DNA of 64,000 nucleotides from an uncultured virus (IMG/VR IMGVR_UViG_3300047160_003987) (IMGVR_UViG_3300047160_003987), one strand, 5' to 3'. Counted from the first letter of the stretch, positions 26,997 to 37,172 are shown. Made by a program: numbers and translations. Notes: a model not told the origin generated them from the letters alone.

Positions 26997-27525
26997 GCAA
27001 AATGCCTGCGCCTTGCATGATCGCCGAGCCCGGCAGTTGCGCTTGCTGTGGTGACATTGGAACCCCACCCGGTTGGTTCAGACTAGCTCTGATCATGTTC
27101 ATCCAATTTATCGGGTTGAGCTGTCCCAACGGCGAGGTCTGCGGGTTGAACGGATAAGGCTGTGCCGGCGTCGGCAGCTGCACCGGCGGCTGCTGCAGCC
27201 CGGCCTGCTGTGGCGAGAGGATGGACTGCTGGCCTGGCGGCGGAGCCGCGGGCCCGTATTGCGGGCTGTAAGGCGATCCAGGCAGTCCCTGTTGGCCCGG
27301 AAGCGGCGGCGGTCCCTGAGGCCCACCGGCCGCGACCGTCGTATCCGGGACCGTAGCGCCTGGCGCTATATTAGCCTGCGGGGCAACGGTTGGAGCCAGC
27401 GCCGCCTTCGCCGAAGCGAGGTTCTTACCAAGCCCCTGCAACGACTTGCCCATCGACGGTGCATCTTTGATATCGGCATACGACAACGTAGGAAAATTTG
27501 CCATTGGTGGTGCGCCACTGGGCAT
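26971..27525 (-). CDS. Pro/Gln-rich virion-module protein
   Basis: 184 aa, AAGGAG RBS. Confidence 0.65.
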   Translation of the reverse strand: MPSGAPPMANFPTLSYADIKDAPSMGKSLQGLGKNLASAKAALAPTVAPQANIAPGATVPDTTVAAGGPQGPPPLPGQQGLPGSPYSPQYGPAAPPPGQQSILSPQQAGLQQPPVQLPTPAQPYPFNPQTSPLGQLNPINWMNMIRASLNQPGGVPMSPQQAQLPGSAIMQGAGILPGSQGFGG

Positions 27526-27528
27526 TTG

Positions 27529-28617
27529 TCATCTCCTTGCGTCTTGCAGCATACCCATCGTTGCTGCCTTGCGAGTTGCGAGATTGTAGCTAACATGTTT
27601 GAGACCGGCAGGATCGGTCGCGACAGCCTGTGGTGTCTTCTTCTCGACTTCATCGGCCATCATGCCAATCTGATGCGTCGGAGATCCCTTGAAACGGAAG
27701 CTATATATTTTCTGATCGTCGTGCGTCCTGCCGATATCCTTGATGTCGGTCTTGGCCCGGCGATCGGACTTGGGCCACAGCGACCCGATCGTGCCGGCGA
27801 TACCGGAAATGTCGCCGATCAAGTTCGAAAACTGGTTCTCTGCAGGCTTCTGTATGCCGGTTTGTGTCTGGTTGGCAGTGGTCGTGCCACCCATGCCGCC
27901 AAGCCCCATGGCAGCTGCCAGCCCCGGCTGGGCATTCGCGAACGGCTGCTGCTGCAATTGGTTCGCCACCTGCCATTGCGCCATGGATGGCGCCATACCA
28001 AGGCTCGGTAACAGGCCGGCACCCGCCAATGCCTGCTGCATATTGCCGCCGATGGCTTGCGCCGTGTTGATGCCGGCATTGGCCAACGTCTGGTTGGCAG
28101 TCATGAGGTTGCCAACATTTCTGTTGTACTGGTCTTGAATGAGCGGCGCCTCACCTTGTGCCAGACCGAGCGCGGCTGTTTTCGCTTCGCCTCCCGCACC
28201 GCTCGGCTCGCGTCCCGCAGCGGCATATTGCCCCTTTACCGTATTCATAATGTTCTGGTTCAGCGTATTGAGCGCTTCGCCAAAACCGGGGGTACCGTAG
28301 GGGTTTAAGTTTGCAGGGTTGGCAAGACCGGACAAGTTGGTCTGCAGGTTTTGGTAGCTGGCCGGCAACATGCCGGCTGCATTGAAAACGCCTTGAACCG
28401 ACTTCGAGGCTTGCGGAAGATAATTCGGAAGACCGCCCGCTGAAGTCCACAGGTTCTGGCCAGCTTGCTGCTGTTGACTCGTCATGGCCGGGTTGAGACC
28501 ACCATAGTACTGCGCCATGCTGGTCAACAGCGGCGATGCAGTTGCCCATGGGTTCGCTGTCGTCGTGCCACTCGACGTTTGCGTGGTAGTTGCAGGCGTG
28601 GTGTCGAAAAAACCCAT
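27529..28617 (-). CDS. pilot/tail protein with C-terminal peptidase S74-like domain
   Basis: SDRRAKTDI...IYSFRFKG...IGMMADEVEK..PQAV...VSY. Confidence 0.8.
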   Translation of the reverse strand: MGFFDTTPATTTQTSSGTTTANPWATASPLLTSMAQYYGGLNPAMTSQQQQAGQNLWTSAGGLPNYLPQASKSVQGVFNAAGMLPASYQNLQTNLSGLANPANLNPYGTPGFGEALNTLNQNIMNTVKGQYAAAGREPSGAGGEAKTAALGLAQGEAPLIQDQYNRNVGNLMTANQTLANAGINTAQAIGGNMQQALAGAGLLPSLGMAPSMAQWQVANQLQQQPFANAQPGLAAAMGLGGMGGTTTANQTQTGIQKPAENQFSNLIGDISGIAGTIGSLWPKSDRRAKTDIKDIGRTHDDQKIYSFRFKGSPTHQIGMMADEVEKKTPQAVATDPAGLKHVSYNLATRKAATMGMLQDARR

Positions 28618-28619
28618 TG

Positions 28620-28664
28620 TCAGCCTCCGATCGCTGTACTCATTGTATCAGCCTCCGACCGCTG
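28620..28664 (-). repeat. diverged duplication of a gene 3' end (period 28)
   Basis: TCA GCG GTC GGA GGC TGA ... ACA GCG ATC GGA GGC TGA (SAVGG*/TAIGG*), 16/17 identical. Confidence 0.85.
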
Positions 28665-28956
28665 AAAAGTCGAAAAAGCGATCCATCGCCGGGTTACTGT
28701 CGTGCGTGATGATGAAGCTACCATTTAACACGGTGGAAACCCAGACCGACGTTTGTGTTGCAGCTGCACTCGCACTACGTGGTGTCAATGCGACCATCGA
28801 GGACACCGAAATAGTCGGAAAAGTCACCATCGTCGAGGTAGCATTCGGTGTCAGCTGTATCTGACCGACATTATTCGAACGCCCATCAACCAGTTCATTC
28901 ACAGTCGAGACGACCGCGTAAAGATCCTTTTCGTGTGGCTGAAGCCGCCGTGCCAC
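28648..28956 (-). CDS. small tail-associated protein
   Basis: 102 aa, VNELVDGRSNNVG..LT motif, tail-module position. Confidence 0.7.
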   Translation of the reverse strand: MARRLQPHEKDLYAVVSTVNELVDGRSNNVGQIQLTPNATSTMVTFPTISVSSMVALTPRSASAAATQTSVWVSTVLNGSFIITHDSNPAMDRFFDFSAVGG

Positions 28957-28958
28957 TG

Positions 28959-31262
28959 CTAACCTCGTGTACCCAAGAAACCAAGATCAGGCGACCGTGT
29001 TCCTCTGTATGGGAGGACCGGCGGCACCGGCTTGGCCCCCGGTGGAAGCTCATCTTCTTCGTCACCTCTTAGTGCGTGATACCAGTCTCGGTAACGTGTT
29101 TTCCTTTCATCAGTTTGCTGCTGCGCATGCTGCGCTACTGCAGGCGCCGCCCCGATACCGCTATCTTCGAATAGGCTCATTGGTTTGGTCAGCAATTCGC
29201 GGCGCAGACTGTCGGGAATATCCATGTGATAAACAGAATAAGCTTTCGGCTCAAAAGGTTGTCGTCTCTCCTCGTTTGGTAATTCACTGCGCACAACCTG
29301 CACGCCATGAGCCTTGCCGATCTTGTTGGCCTGGTCGACACGGCGGCGGTTGTAATAGTCGCGAATGCCTTTGTCGGCTTGGATCGCTTCAGCCCGCTGA
29401 TCCGGGGCTAATTCCGATATATCACGACCTTGGTCGCGCAGCATCACCAATGGGTTGGTGGTATTTTCCTCACCTGCCGTCCACGAAATACGCGGATAGC
29501 CTTTTTCTGCAGCCTCACGCAATTGATCATGCAGCGCGAGACGCTCCCAGCCAGTGCCCGCGAATGGAGCGTTCGGCACAACATCCTTACTTTGCAAACG
29601 GCCAATTTGATATCGAAGCGTTCCGATCTGGTTATTAAGATCGTCCAAGTTTGCCATATATCTTGGATCGTTCTGATCCAACTGGTCACGCTGTCGTCTC
29701 AGATCATCCCGTTGTTTTGACAAACCTGCTACTTGTGTATCGATGTCTTTAGCATATCCCTTATCCCGTCCCTGCTGATGCCAGTCGCTCTGGTTCTCTT
29801 CATCGTGCAGACTGCGAATTGTTTGTGGCCACACCTCATTTGGCATGTTGCGACGTAGATCATCCTCCTGAGCCCGCAAAGCCTGCAATTTGTCCTGTAG
29901 CGGCTTCATTTCTGGAATATTTTCCGCCGCCTCAAACTGTCGCCTCACCTCTCTCGCATCAATCCTTCCCTCACTATAATCCTGCCTGATCCGATCATCA
30001 TGTTGACGGCGTATTCCATTGATCTGTCGCGCAACCTCTCCCTGTTGCTGTTGAATATCATCGTTCTGCTGCAACATTCTTTCACGCTGAAAGTTCTGTG
30101 CCGCCTGCTCTGGCGTTAATGGCTGATCGAAAGAACGATCAGTAGACCGCCGATGAAACAGCACATTCGGCTCATCCCAATGGCTGCCATGTTCTCTAGT
30201 GAAATTGTCACCTGATGTCGGCATCTGGATTAGCCGCTCACGATAGTTCTCGCCACCGGGAAGCTTGTATTCCTCATATTCTGGTACTTGAAATGATGAA
30301 TTTAAAGAACCATTGCGTTGTAAATATTCATAATACTCTTTTGGGTTATCCCATAGCGCAGCGTCTTTAGCGCTTAGATCATCATACTGATCCTTGATAT
30401 TGTATTGCTGCTGTGCCGTCAGATCTTCCCACGACTTATTACCTTTCTCAATTCTGTTGAGTTGAACCGGGTTCGCTTGAAGATGCTCCTCGATCCCAGT
30501 ACGAGATATCTTGGTGTTGCCCAACCCTTCCAATGCCGGCCCAAGCTCACGCCATTGTAATTCTTCAGGCTTGGCGCCGAACCGCTTCAGCTGGTTGAGC
30601 CATTGCAGCCCGGTCAATTCCTGCGAGGGAATACGAGCAAGCGCGCTTTCAATGCCTGTCGTGTATTGTGGCGCATGCGCTGCAGTCGAGATCGCCATAC
30701 CGGGTTGGCCGGTGTCGGATAATAACTTCCTACCCATGACGCGAAGATCAAGCCCCGGCGCAGCCGCCCTTTCTAGCGCGCTTGCCCCGCCGCCGCCTGC
30801 TAAGCTTGCCAGATCCACAGAACGTTGGATCGGCTCATCAGATGAATGGCCGCTCGGCCCCCACATTGACACCCTGCCAGCATAGACATCGCTCGGCAAT
30901 GTGGCTCCGCTCTTGATCACCTCATCAACACCTCGCACCAGGTTCTGGCCTGTGGACGTCGCAAGTCTGCCGAATGCTGTACCAGGAGATATCTGCGGCC
31001 CCGAGGGGATCAGCGGCGCCCCAACATCTGGAAGGTTGTTACCGCCTCCTTGTTGCGGCCTAGGGCCAATATCTGGCGATGCTGGGACCGGTGCCGACGA
31101 CGTTAACGCATGAAACATCGGATAAAGCGATGGATGCTTGATCGCCGACCACATCGTCGACAAGCCGCTCGGCCGATCAGCATCCTGCTGGGCGGCAAGG
31201 TTTTCCAGCGCCTCCTGGTCCTGCCGGTCATTGCTCGGTGCCAGTGTGCCAAAGCCGGGCAT
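28959..31262 (-). CDS. large virion protein with polyvalent-protein-type domain
   Basis: LPGGENYRE, SHWDEPNV, EENQSDWHQQGR, PNAPF, AAEKGY motifs. Confidence 0.65.
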   Translation of the reverse strand: MPGFGTLAPSNDRQDQEALENLAAQQDADRPSGLSTMWSAIKHPSLYPMFHALTSSAPVPASPDIGPRPQQGGGNNLPDVGAPLIPSGPQISPGTAFGRLATSTGQNLVRGVDEVIKSGATLPSDVYAGRVSMWGPSGHSSDEPIQRSVDLASLAGGGGASALERAAAPGLDLRVMGRKLLSDTGQPGMAISTAAHAPQYTTGIESALARIPSQELTGLQWLNQLKRFGAKPEELQWRELGPALEGLGNTKISRTGIEEHLQANPVQLNRIEKGNKSWEDLTAQQQYNIKDQYDDLSAKDAALWDNPKEYYEYLQRNGSLNSSFQVPEYEEYKLPGGENYRERLIQMPTSGDNFTREHGSHWDEPNVLFHRRSTDRSFDQPLTPEQAAQNFQRERMLQQNDDIQQQQGEVARQINGIRRQHDDRIRQDYSEGRIDAREVRRQFEAAENIPEMKPLQDKLQALRAQEDDLRRNMPNEVWPQTIRSLHDEENQSDWHQQGRDKGYAKDIDTQVAGLSKQRDDLRRQRDQLDQNDPRYMANLDDLNNQIGTLRYQIGRLQSKDVVPNAPFAGTGWERLALHDQLREAAEKGYPRISWTAGEENTTNPLVMLRDQGRDISELAPDQRAEAIQADKGIRDYYNRRRVDQANKIGKAHGVQVVRSELPNEERRQPFEPKAYSVYHMDIPDSLRRELLTKPMSLFEDSGIGAAPAVAQHAQQQTDERKTRYRDWYHALRGDEEDELPPGAKPVPPVLPYRGTRSPDLGFLGTRG

Positions 31263-33007
31263 CAGCGATCTCCCGCTATTTCGCTCTCAGGCTGCGCGCC
31301 ACGCACATAGGTCCAACTCGATCCCGCCGTAATGCGCACCCGCATGCGCTGGTAGCGGCTCTCGATCGGATCGATCGGCGCCATCCCCATGTCATCAATC
31401 AGATTCTCTGCGGTGTAGAGCGGGAGACTTTGCGGCGAATTGCGGTAAGAGACCGAGCAGTACACCTGCGTTGCATCGGTGATCGGCCGCATCGCATTGG
31501 TGAACAGCATCTTGCCCTTGCCATCCGCCTCGCCGGTTTCCAATGTGGCCTCCAACGTCGGACCATCGAAAAAGTTAAGCGCATGGTTGGCATCGAAAGC
31601 CGACAGCTGCGCGATAGCCGCCTTAACAATGCTGTCGAAAGAAAATGACGGCTTCACCATGCCGCCCATGTCCGGATAGGTCATGGCCTCGATCGAACCG
31701 CCGATCGCACCACCGGACACGTAAGGATGCACGAAGGTCGAGCCAATGAGATCGGCATGGGTATCGTCAATGATGTTAAAGCGCCAAACGCCATTGGCTT
31801 CGATCGTACCCTGAACCCCCTGCACCGTCGCGAAGGGCTGCGCTGCAAGGCTGAAGCTGGGCTTGACCACAGCGTCAAGCGTCAGCCGGATCGCTCCAGC
31901 GCCGTTATCCTGCGCATTCTGTACGTATAATTGCTCAAGTGTGTATGTATCCAAATTTTCCAATGTCAGACCGGGCTTTGCCAATGAAGCGATGAACTCG
32001 CCAGTGACATTAACCCGCGTCCATTTGTTGAGCACATAGTCATAGACCAGCATGCGGTTGAACTGCCCGAACGCCCCGCTGAGCTTGGTCTTGTAAACCC
32101 AATAGACACGCGTCGCTGTCGGACCCACAGCGCCAATGATCAGCTGCAACTGAGAGGAGTCAACTTCATTGAAAAAAGTGATATTGACCTTATCCTTGCC
32201 GATGTCGACAGGATCGGTAGTCGAGACGATCATCCTGAACCCGGCCGCACTCAGATAGAACACGCGGTTGCCGACGTTCATGACCGAATATTTGGCATAC
32301 AGCACCTCCTGCGTCGAAAAGCGATAAAACTGGAAGATCGCCACGCTGCCGGCCGCATACGTCATCGAACGGATAGACTGCTCCTGAAAGATCGTGCCAT
32401 AAGCATCGCCGCCGCTCACTACCAAAGTCGAGCCACCATCCGGGAAGTCCTGAAAGTCCGATAGCCCACTGCCTGAGTCCCATTTCTCTGGGTCATCAAG
32501 GTCGCTCCATTGCACCCGCTGAGCACTTTCTTGCAGTGCTGTGAGCACCACGAAAAACCCGATGATAGCGACCCAACCGGCAAATGGTGGGTTGCCGTCA
32601 AGGTCCACGAACGAAGTCGATGTCGACTGCAAAAGCTTCTGTGGCGGAACATTCTTCTGCACCGCGATAATGAGATCGTTGAACTGAGCAAACACCCAAT
32701 TGTCGTCGATCGGAACGGCGCCATAGGACACGCCGCCCTTCGACGCCAAGGTCCACGACAGATCAACCTGGTTCATGATGTAAAGATCAGTGGCAGTGCC
32801 AGCCACGATCGTCACCGTGCCATCAGCCTTGCGGCCATAGAAGTAGCCACGACAGGGACCGGGCAATGACTGCGTGTATGATGTCATGCTCTGGATAGGG
32901 CCGTATCCATCGCTCTTCGGCACGACATTGAAGATCACCTGCGAGTCCGCCTGCCCGAGCGGCGAGATGTCAGGTGCATAGTCCGGAAATGGTATCGTGT
33001 CGGACAT
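31262..33007 (-). CDS. tail tubular B / nozzle (beta-propeller) protein
   Basis: 581 aa, FPDYAPD start, RVQWSDLDD, position after the adaptor gene. Confidence 0.7.
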   Translation of the reverse strand: MSDTIPFPDYAPDISPLGQADSQVIFNVVPKSDGYGPIQSMTSYTQSLPGPCRGYFYGRKADGTVTIVAGTATDLYIMNQVDLSWTLASKGGVSYGAVPIDDNWVFAQFNDLIIAVQKNVPPQKLLQSTSTSFVDLDGNPPFAGWVAIIGFFVVLTALQESAQRVQWSDLDDPEKWDSGSGLSDFQDFPDGGSTLVVSGGDAYGTIFQEQSIRSMTYAAGSVAIFQFYRFSTQEVLYAKYSVMNVGNRVFYLSAAGFRMIVSTTDPVDIGKDKVNITFFNEVDSSQLQLIIGAVGPTATRVYWVYKTKLSGAFGQFNRMLVYDYVLNKWTRVNVTGEFIASLAKPGLTLENLDTYTLEQLYVQNAQDNGAGAIRLTLDAVVKPSFSLAAQPFATVQGVQGTIEANGVWRFNIIDDTHADLIGSTFVHPYVSGGAIGGSIEAMTYPDMGGMVKPSFSFDSIVKAAIAQLSAFDANHALNFFDGPTLEATLETGEADGKGKMLFTNAMRPITDATQVYCSVSYRNSPQSLPLYTAENLIDDMGMAPIDPIESRYQRMRVRITAGSSWTYVRGAQPESEIAGDR

Positions 33008-33015
33008 AATTCATC

Positions 33016-33792
33016 TCAAAAGCTCATTGGACGCACCCGCCCTAGCGTCGATGTGATCTTATTGCCTTCGCGTTTCAGCTCAGTGAATGCGCGATAGGCC
33101 TCACCAGGCTGCGGGTCCGGATAGGGCGACATCGCAAGTGCCATCTGTTGGTTTCGCGTGACGTGTGTCGCGACCTCAAACTTCGCACGAGATCGGATCA
33201 GCCGCTCAGCGTTCTGCGGCGTCATCCAAACATTGTTTTCCTCGACGTCTGACGATGGCGGCGGCATTGCAAGATGGCAGCCGATCCAACATTTATAGGC
33301 CGCCACCGGGACCGGATAGAGGATCAGCGTATTGCCTTCATATGCATAGCTCGTCGGCAACCCGAATTGCGTAAAAAGCTGAATGTTCAGGTGCTGGCGT
33401 TCCGGCGTATTCTGCGACAGTTTCATCAATGTATTGCCAATTTGAATGTTGATGTAGTCGATCATAAACATGGTCGAGATGGCTGGGCAGTCGGCCGTCG
33501 AATAAGTCGACTGAGATGGCACCGTCATGAACGTAGTCGGCATCGCCGGATCGATCTCATTGAAGCGAAAACGGTGCTTCTGATACTCATAGATCGCCGT
33601 ATCGATCGCATTGCGGATCGCCTCGGCATTCGGCCGTGACTGAGTTGCCGTGCCGCGCGCACCGGCCAGATCAAACCGTGCTCCAAGCTCAGCCGCGATC
33701 CGAAAGATCATGGTCGTGAGATCAGACACGATGCCAACGCCAGCAAAGCCGGCGCTAAACCCTGGACTAAAGGCGCGATCGGTATCGCTCAT
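33016..33792 (-). CDS. head-tail adaptor / tail tubular A
   Basis: G.PTSYAY...LYPVP...NVWMT...LIRSRAK. Confidence 0.75.
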   Translation of the reverse strand: MSDTDRAFSPGFSAGFAGVGIVSDLTTMIFRIAAELGARFDLAGARGTATQSRPNAEAIRNAIDTAIYEYQKHRFRFNEIDPAMPTTFMTVPSQSTYSTADCPAISTMFMIDYINIQIGNTLMKLSQNTPERQHLNIQLFTQFGLPTSYAYEGNTLILYPVPVAAYKCWIGCHLAMPPPSSDVEENNVWMTPQNAERLIRSRAKFEVATHVTRNQQMALAMSPYPDPQPGEAYRAFTELKREGNKITSTLGRVRPMSF

Positions 33793-33835
33793 TGTATTCT
33801 CATTGCAGTGCCACTCATTGTATTCTCATCGCCGT
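33788..33835 (-). repeat. diverged duplication of a gene 3' end (period 26)
   Basis: ACG GCG ATG AGA ATA CAA TGA ... ACT GCA ATG AGA ATA CAA TGA (TAMRIQ* twice, synonymous changes only). Confidence 0.9.
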
Positions 33836-35035
33836 CACTGTGCTGTCTTTAGAATTGCCGGTCGTATTGAACGCGATCTTGCCGGTAGTTGCGGTGATAT
33901 CCTTGCAGCTGATCCTGATGTTGCCGGCCGGCGTTGCAAGAACGCCAGATAGTGATATCTTGGTCGTGGCCGCCGCAGTGATCTGTGCAGCAGCGCTAGA
34001 GATAACTGTCGTACCATCCCACAACTTGCAGTAAAACGTCGCCGCAGCCGTGTCATTCAGCGTCACCGTCCCACTCGCAAACCATGTGCCACTGACGCCC
34101 TGTGCCACGCTTGGTCCATCGAAGTAATTCGCAGTGTTTGTAAGTGAAACATCCGCACCGAGAGAATTGACAACAGAAGTCAATGATACCGCGCAGGTAC
34201 CCGTGCTTGTGATCACGCCACCCGATAGGCCGGTGCCACAGCCGACCGACGTCACAGCCGGCGGGATGGTCGGCTGACCCCACGCCGGAATGCCTGTTGC
34301 ATTTTCAGAGAGGAAATTAGTCCCAGAATTGTTCCCCGGGATCGTGACCCAAGCGCTGCCATTATAGTAGGCGACATCACCGGCGCGAGTCGGCGTCGGG
34401 AATGCAAGGCTAGCAAGGTTGCTCGCCCACGACGGAACACCGCTGCTGCTTTCCTGTAGAACTGCAGTTGACGTATTGTTGCCGGGAATGGTGACCCAAG
34501 CGGTCCCATTGTAATAAGCAACATCGCCGGCTCGGGTCGGCGTGGGAAACGCAAGGCCGCTGAGGTTGGTGACCCATGAGGGAACGCCTCCACCCGTCTC
34601 CTGCAGCACAGCCGGCGTTGTATTATTGCCAGCTAACGTAACCCACTGTGTCCCGTTCCAATAGGCGATGTCTCCCGTCCGGGTGATCGGGGGAAAGATA
34701 TTGTTAGCCGCACCAGACTGTGTAGTCGCGCCTGTACCACCTCCAGCGAGCCCAAGCGCGACTGAGCAGACGTTGGTGAGACCGGTGGTGCCGAAGTAAC
34801 AGGCATGGCTGTTGGCCGTGAGCGGCGATGTCGGCAGCATCGAATAAATGACATTATTGAGAAACTGACGCAGAATGGCCGGCGTGATGCCACCCGCGGT
34901 CTGATCGGGAAATTGCGTCTGCACGTCATTGAGAAGCTGCTGTTGCGTACAGGGCGCCGTGCATGTCGGGGTCGTCTGAGCTTCGCAGACAGACAGCCAT
35001 AGCGTGGAAAGCAGGATAGCAAGAAGTGCTCGCAT
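33815..35035 (-). CDS. fibre-like protein with three ~41-aa repeats
   Basis: FP..TR.GD.AY.NG..WVT..GNN....L.E...G.P.W x3; signal-like N-terminus. Confidence 0.7.
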   Translation of the reverse strand: MRALLAILLSTLWLSVCEAQTTPTCTAPCTQQQLLNDVQTQFPDQTAGGITPAILRQFLNNVIYSMLPTSPLTANSHACYFGTTGLTNVCSVALGLAGGGTGATTQSGAANNIFPPITRTGDIAYWNGTQWVTLAGNNTTPAVLQETGGGVPSWVTNLSGLAFPTPTRAGDVAYYNGTAWVTIPGNNTSTAVLQESSSGVPSWASNLASLAFPTPTRAGDVAYYNGSAWVTIPGNNSGTNFLSENATGIPAWGQPTIPPAVTSVGCGTGLSGGVITSTGTCAVSLTSVVNSLGADVSLTNTANYFDGPSVAQGVSGTWFASGTVTLNDTAAATFYCKLWDGTTVISSAAAQITAAATTKISLSGVLATPAGNIRISCKDITATTGKIAFNTTGNSKDSTVTAMRIQ

Positions 35036-35071
35036 ACGCGCCTCCTCCGCGGTAACCGCGGCTGAACCGCG

Positions 35072-35566
35072 CTACCCTATAATACAATACCAGCGACCAG
35101 TAGACGTTGCCGACCAGCATGATGCGCTCTTCAATGCTGCAACGGCCATGGCCGCACCAGCACTCGCCGCAGCACCACCACTGACGATAACGTCGGTCGC
35201 TGCAAACGGAAACACGTTCATACTGTTAGCAGTGTTATTGACTACGATGATGTTTAACGCCGCATCCACATTGGTTGGCGCCCCCAAGGCTGTGATCGAT
35301 GGCATCTTTACACTATCGCCGATCGTCGCAACGGTCGTAACCAAGGTAAAACCGGCTGTGATCTGATAGGAATTAACCTGGGTGCCCGATGCCGTCGCGG
35401 TCACACCAAGATCAGTCGACAACGCCCGTATCCCCACCTGGCTGATGGAACGCTGCTGCGAGGTATCCCGGCCGCTGATAGTCAGCGCCAGTGCCGCCGA
35501 AGCCAGAACACCCACCAGGCCCAAAACGATGCCACCACGGACGCCTAAATTAAGCAAACGCTTCAT
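35072..35566 (-). CDS. putative structural protein
   Basis: 164 aa, TTVATIGDSVKMP...NVFP motif. Confidence 0.65.
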   Translation of the reverse strand: MKRLLNLGVRGGIVLGLVGVLASAALALTISGRDTSQQRSISQVGIRALSTDLGVTATASGTQVNSYQITAGFTLVTTVATIGDSVKMPSITALGAPTNVDAALNIIVVNNTANSMNVFPFAATDVIVSGGAAASAGAAMAVAALKSASCWSATSTGRWYCIIG

Positions 35567-35581
35567 GGTCCTGTCCCTCGC

Positions 35582-35619
35582 AAAAAGAGGCTAGGCGGAA
35601 GAGGAGCCACCGCCCGGCC
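35582..35619 (-). terminator. intrinsic terminator after capsid/cement genes
   Basis: GGCCGGGCGG...CCGCCTAGCC-TCTTTTT. Confidence 0.7.
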
Positions 35620-35632
35620 CAAGGCTGGGAGG

Positions 35633-36049
35633 TTACGACTGCCATCCGCCCTCGTATTCGATGACGACAATGGCTTGTCCTGCCGTCGGTGCACCTGTGG
35701 CGTTCCATACCGCCTGCGGCAGCACATCGCCTGCCGCCGTCAACGACCGCCCCATACCACGGGTAATAGAATTGACCACCACCGCCCCGGTCCATCCTAC
35801 GTCGCCCGCCGCAACGATGTTGTTGTATGCCGCGCCAACAGTACCAACCGTCACCGTGGGCGTGGTGCCATTGAACGCTGTCACCACCTCCACCGAAACG
35901 TTCAGAATATAAGCGCCCTGTGGCAAATAGTTCGCAAAAGGAACAGCGACACCCGAGGCGGCGTCGTTCCAATTGATGGTCTTTTTCAGCGTATTTGCAA
36001 CTTGCCGCGGGTCCTGGCGGGCAGCCGTGCCTAGAACATTGGTAGCCAT
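35633..36049 (-). CDS. capsid cement/decoration protein
   Basis: LPQGAYI....V.V.TAFN...TAGQA.VVIEY, directly after the capsid gene. Confidence 0.7.
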   Translation of the reverse strand: MATNVLGTAARQDPRQVANTLKKTINWNDAASGVAVPFANYLPQGAYILNVSVEVVTAFNGTTPTVTVGTVGAAYNNIVAAGDVGWTGAVVVNSITRGMGRSLTAAGDVLPQAVWNATGAPTAGQAIVVIEYEGGWQS

Positions 36050-36059
36050 ATCTGCCTCC

Positions 36060-37172
36060 TTAGGTCGCCGGTGCCGCGTATGTCGACATGACGATCGTGC
36101 CGTAGTCGATGTTGTTGTACTTGGTCTTCTTCATGCCGTGGATGGTGAGCGCGCTGATCTCAAGCCTGCGCTTATGATCAAACAGTTCCTCGTTCCACGT
36201 CAGTTTGCTCGGGCCATTGTCACGACCAAAGCCCATCATGCAGGCCTGCCCACCCAGAAAGATCGCCCGCCGCACGGTCGGCACGTCGGCGCCGGCCGCC
36301 GAAACGCCGTCGGTGACGTCATAAGCTGAGCGCAAGATGGTGGAATTGTAGATACCGATCGAACCGTTGAAGATGCGGTTGCCGGTTTCCTGTCGGCCCA
36401 TCGATGCCGCTTTCTGAATATCGATGAACTGACCGGTCGAGGTGTTGCGGCGGACCGCCGTCACTTGGTAGGGATGGAGGTATGCGACATACATATCCTC
36501 CAACGTGTTGTTGTAGTCGCTACGGCCGTTCGAGCGCGGATCGGTCCCCTTGATACGGATCGGCCGGATCAGCGGTGTCGCCGTGATAGCCGCCTCCTTG
36601 GCCTTATCGATCATGTCGAGCGTAAACGTATCGCCAGCGACCAGAAGATCGTCGGAAGTTCGGTTCGACTGCCGAATAATGCGCGATGCCGATGGTGCAG
36701 TAGCCGGGTTAAGCCCGGTATAGCGGACATCGGTCTGAACCGAATACCCGCAAACCTGGTTAAAGAATGCCACCGAATACCGCTTGGCATACCAGTCGCC
36801 GAGGCGGCTCTTGGCGGTGTTGCGCAGGTCCCATGGGACACGCTGCTGGTCGATGGTGCGCCGGCTCTTGACGCCCGCCACAGCCATCAGCTCGTTAATG
36901 ACAAGCTGGTCGCTGTAGGTCGTGAGAGCCTCGCCGTTGCCTTCCGCCAGCTGGTTCTCAGAGAAACCAGCCTGCTGCAGCTGCATCACGATCGCATAGG
37001 TGATGGCATCACCCGGACCTTTCGATAATGCATCCTGCATATGGATGATACTGTTCTCATCGTCACCGATGAGAGGCGCAATAGCCGTATATTTCAATGC
37101 TTCGTAGTCAAGGACGCGAGACCATAGCTTGACCGCCATGGTGTCATTGACGGGAAAGGAGGTAGTGGCCAT
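36060..37172 (-). CDS. major capsid protein (N4-gp56/DUF4043-like)
   Basis: AVKLWS, L.KGPGD.IT, EGNGEAL, YLHPYQ, RAIFLGGQA, W.EE.FD, GMKKTKYN..DYG. Confidence 0.9.
   Translation of the reverse strand: MATTSFPVNDTMAVKLWSRVLDYEALKYTAIAPLIGDDENSIIHMQDALSKGPGDAITYAIVMQLQQAGFSENQLAEGNGEALTTYSDQLVINELMAVAGVKSRRTIDQQRVPWDLRNTAKSRLGDWYAKRYSVAFFNQVCGYSVQTDVRYTGLNPATAPSASRIIRQSNRTSDDLLVAGDTFTLDMIDKAKEAAITATPLIRPIRIKGTDPRSNGRSDYNNTLEDMYVAYLHPYQVTAVRRNTSTGQFIDIQKAASMGRQETGNRIFNGSIGIYNSTILRSAYDVTDGVSAAGADVPTVRRAIFLGGQACMMGFGRDNGPSKLTWNEELFDHKRRLEISALTIHGMKKTKYNNIDYGTIVMSTYAAPAT

Noticed and set aside
27073..28011. 312-aa plus-strand ORF
   Set aside because: Arg-rich shadow overlapping two better-supported minus-strand genes.
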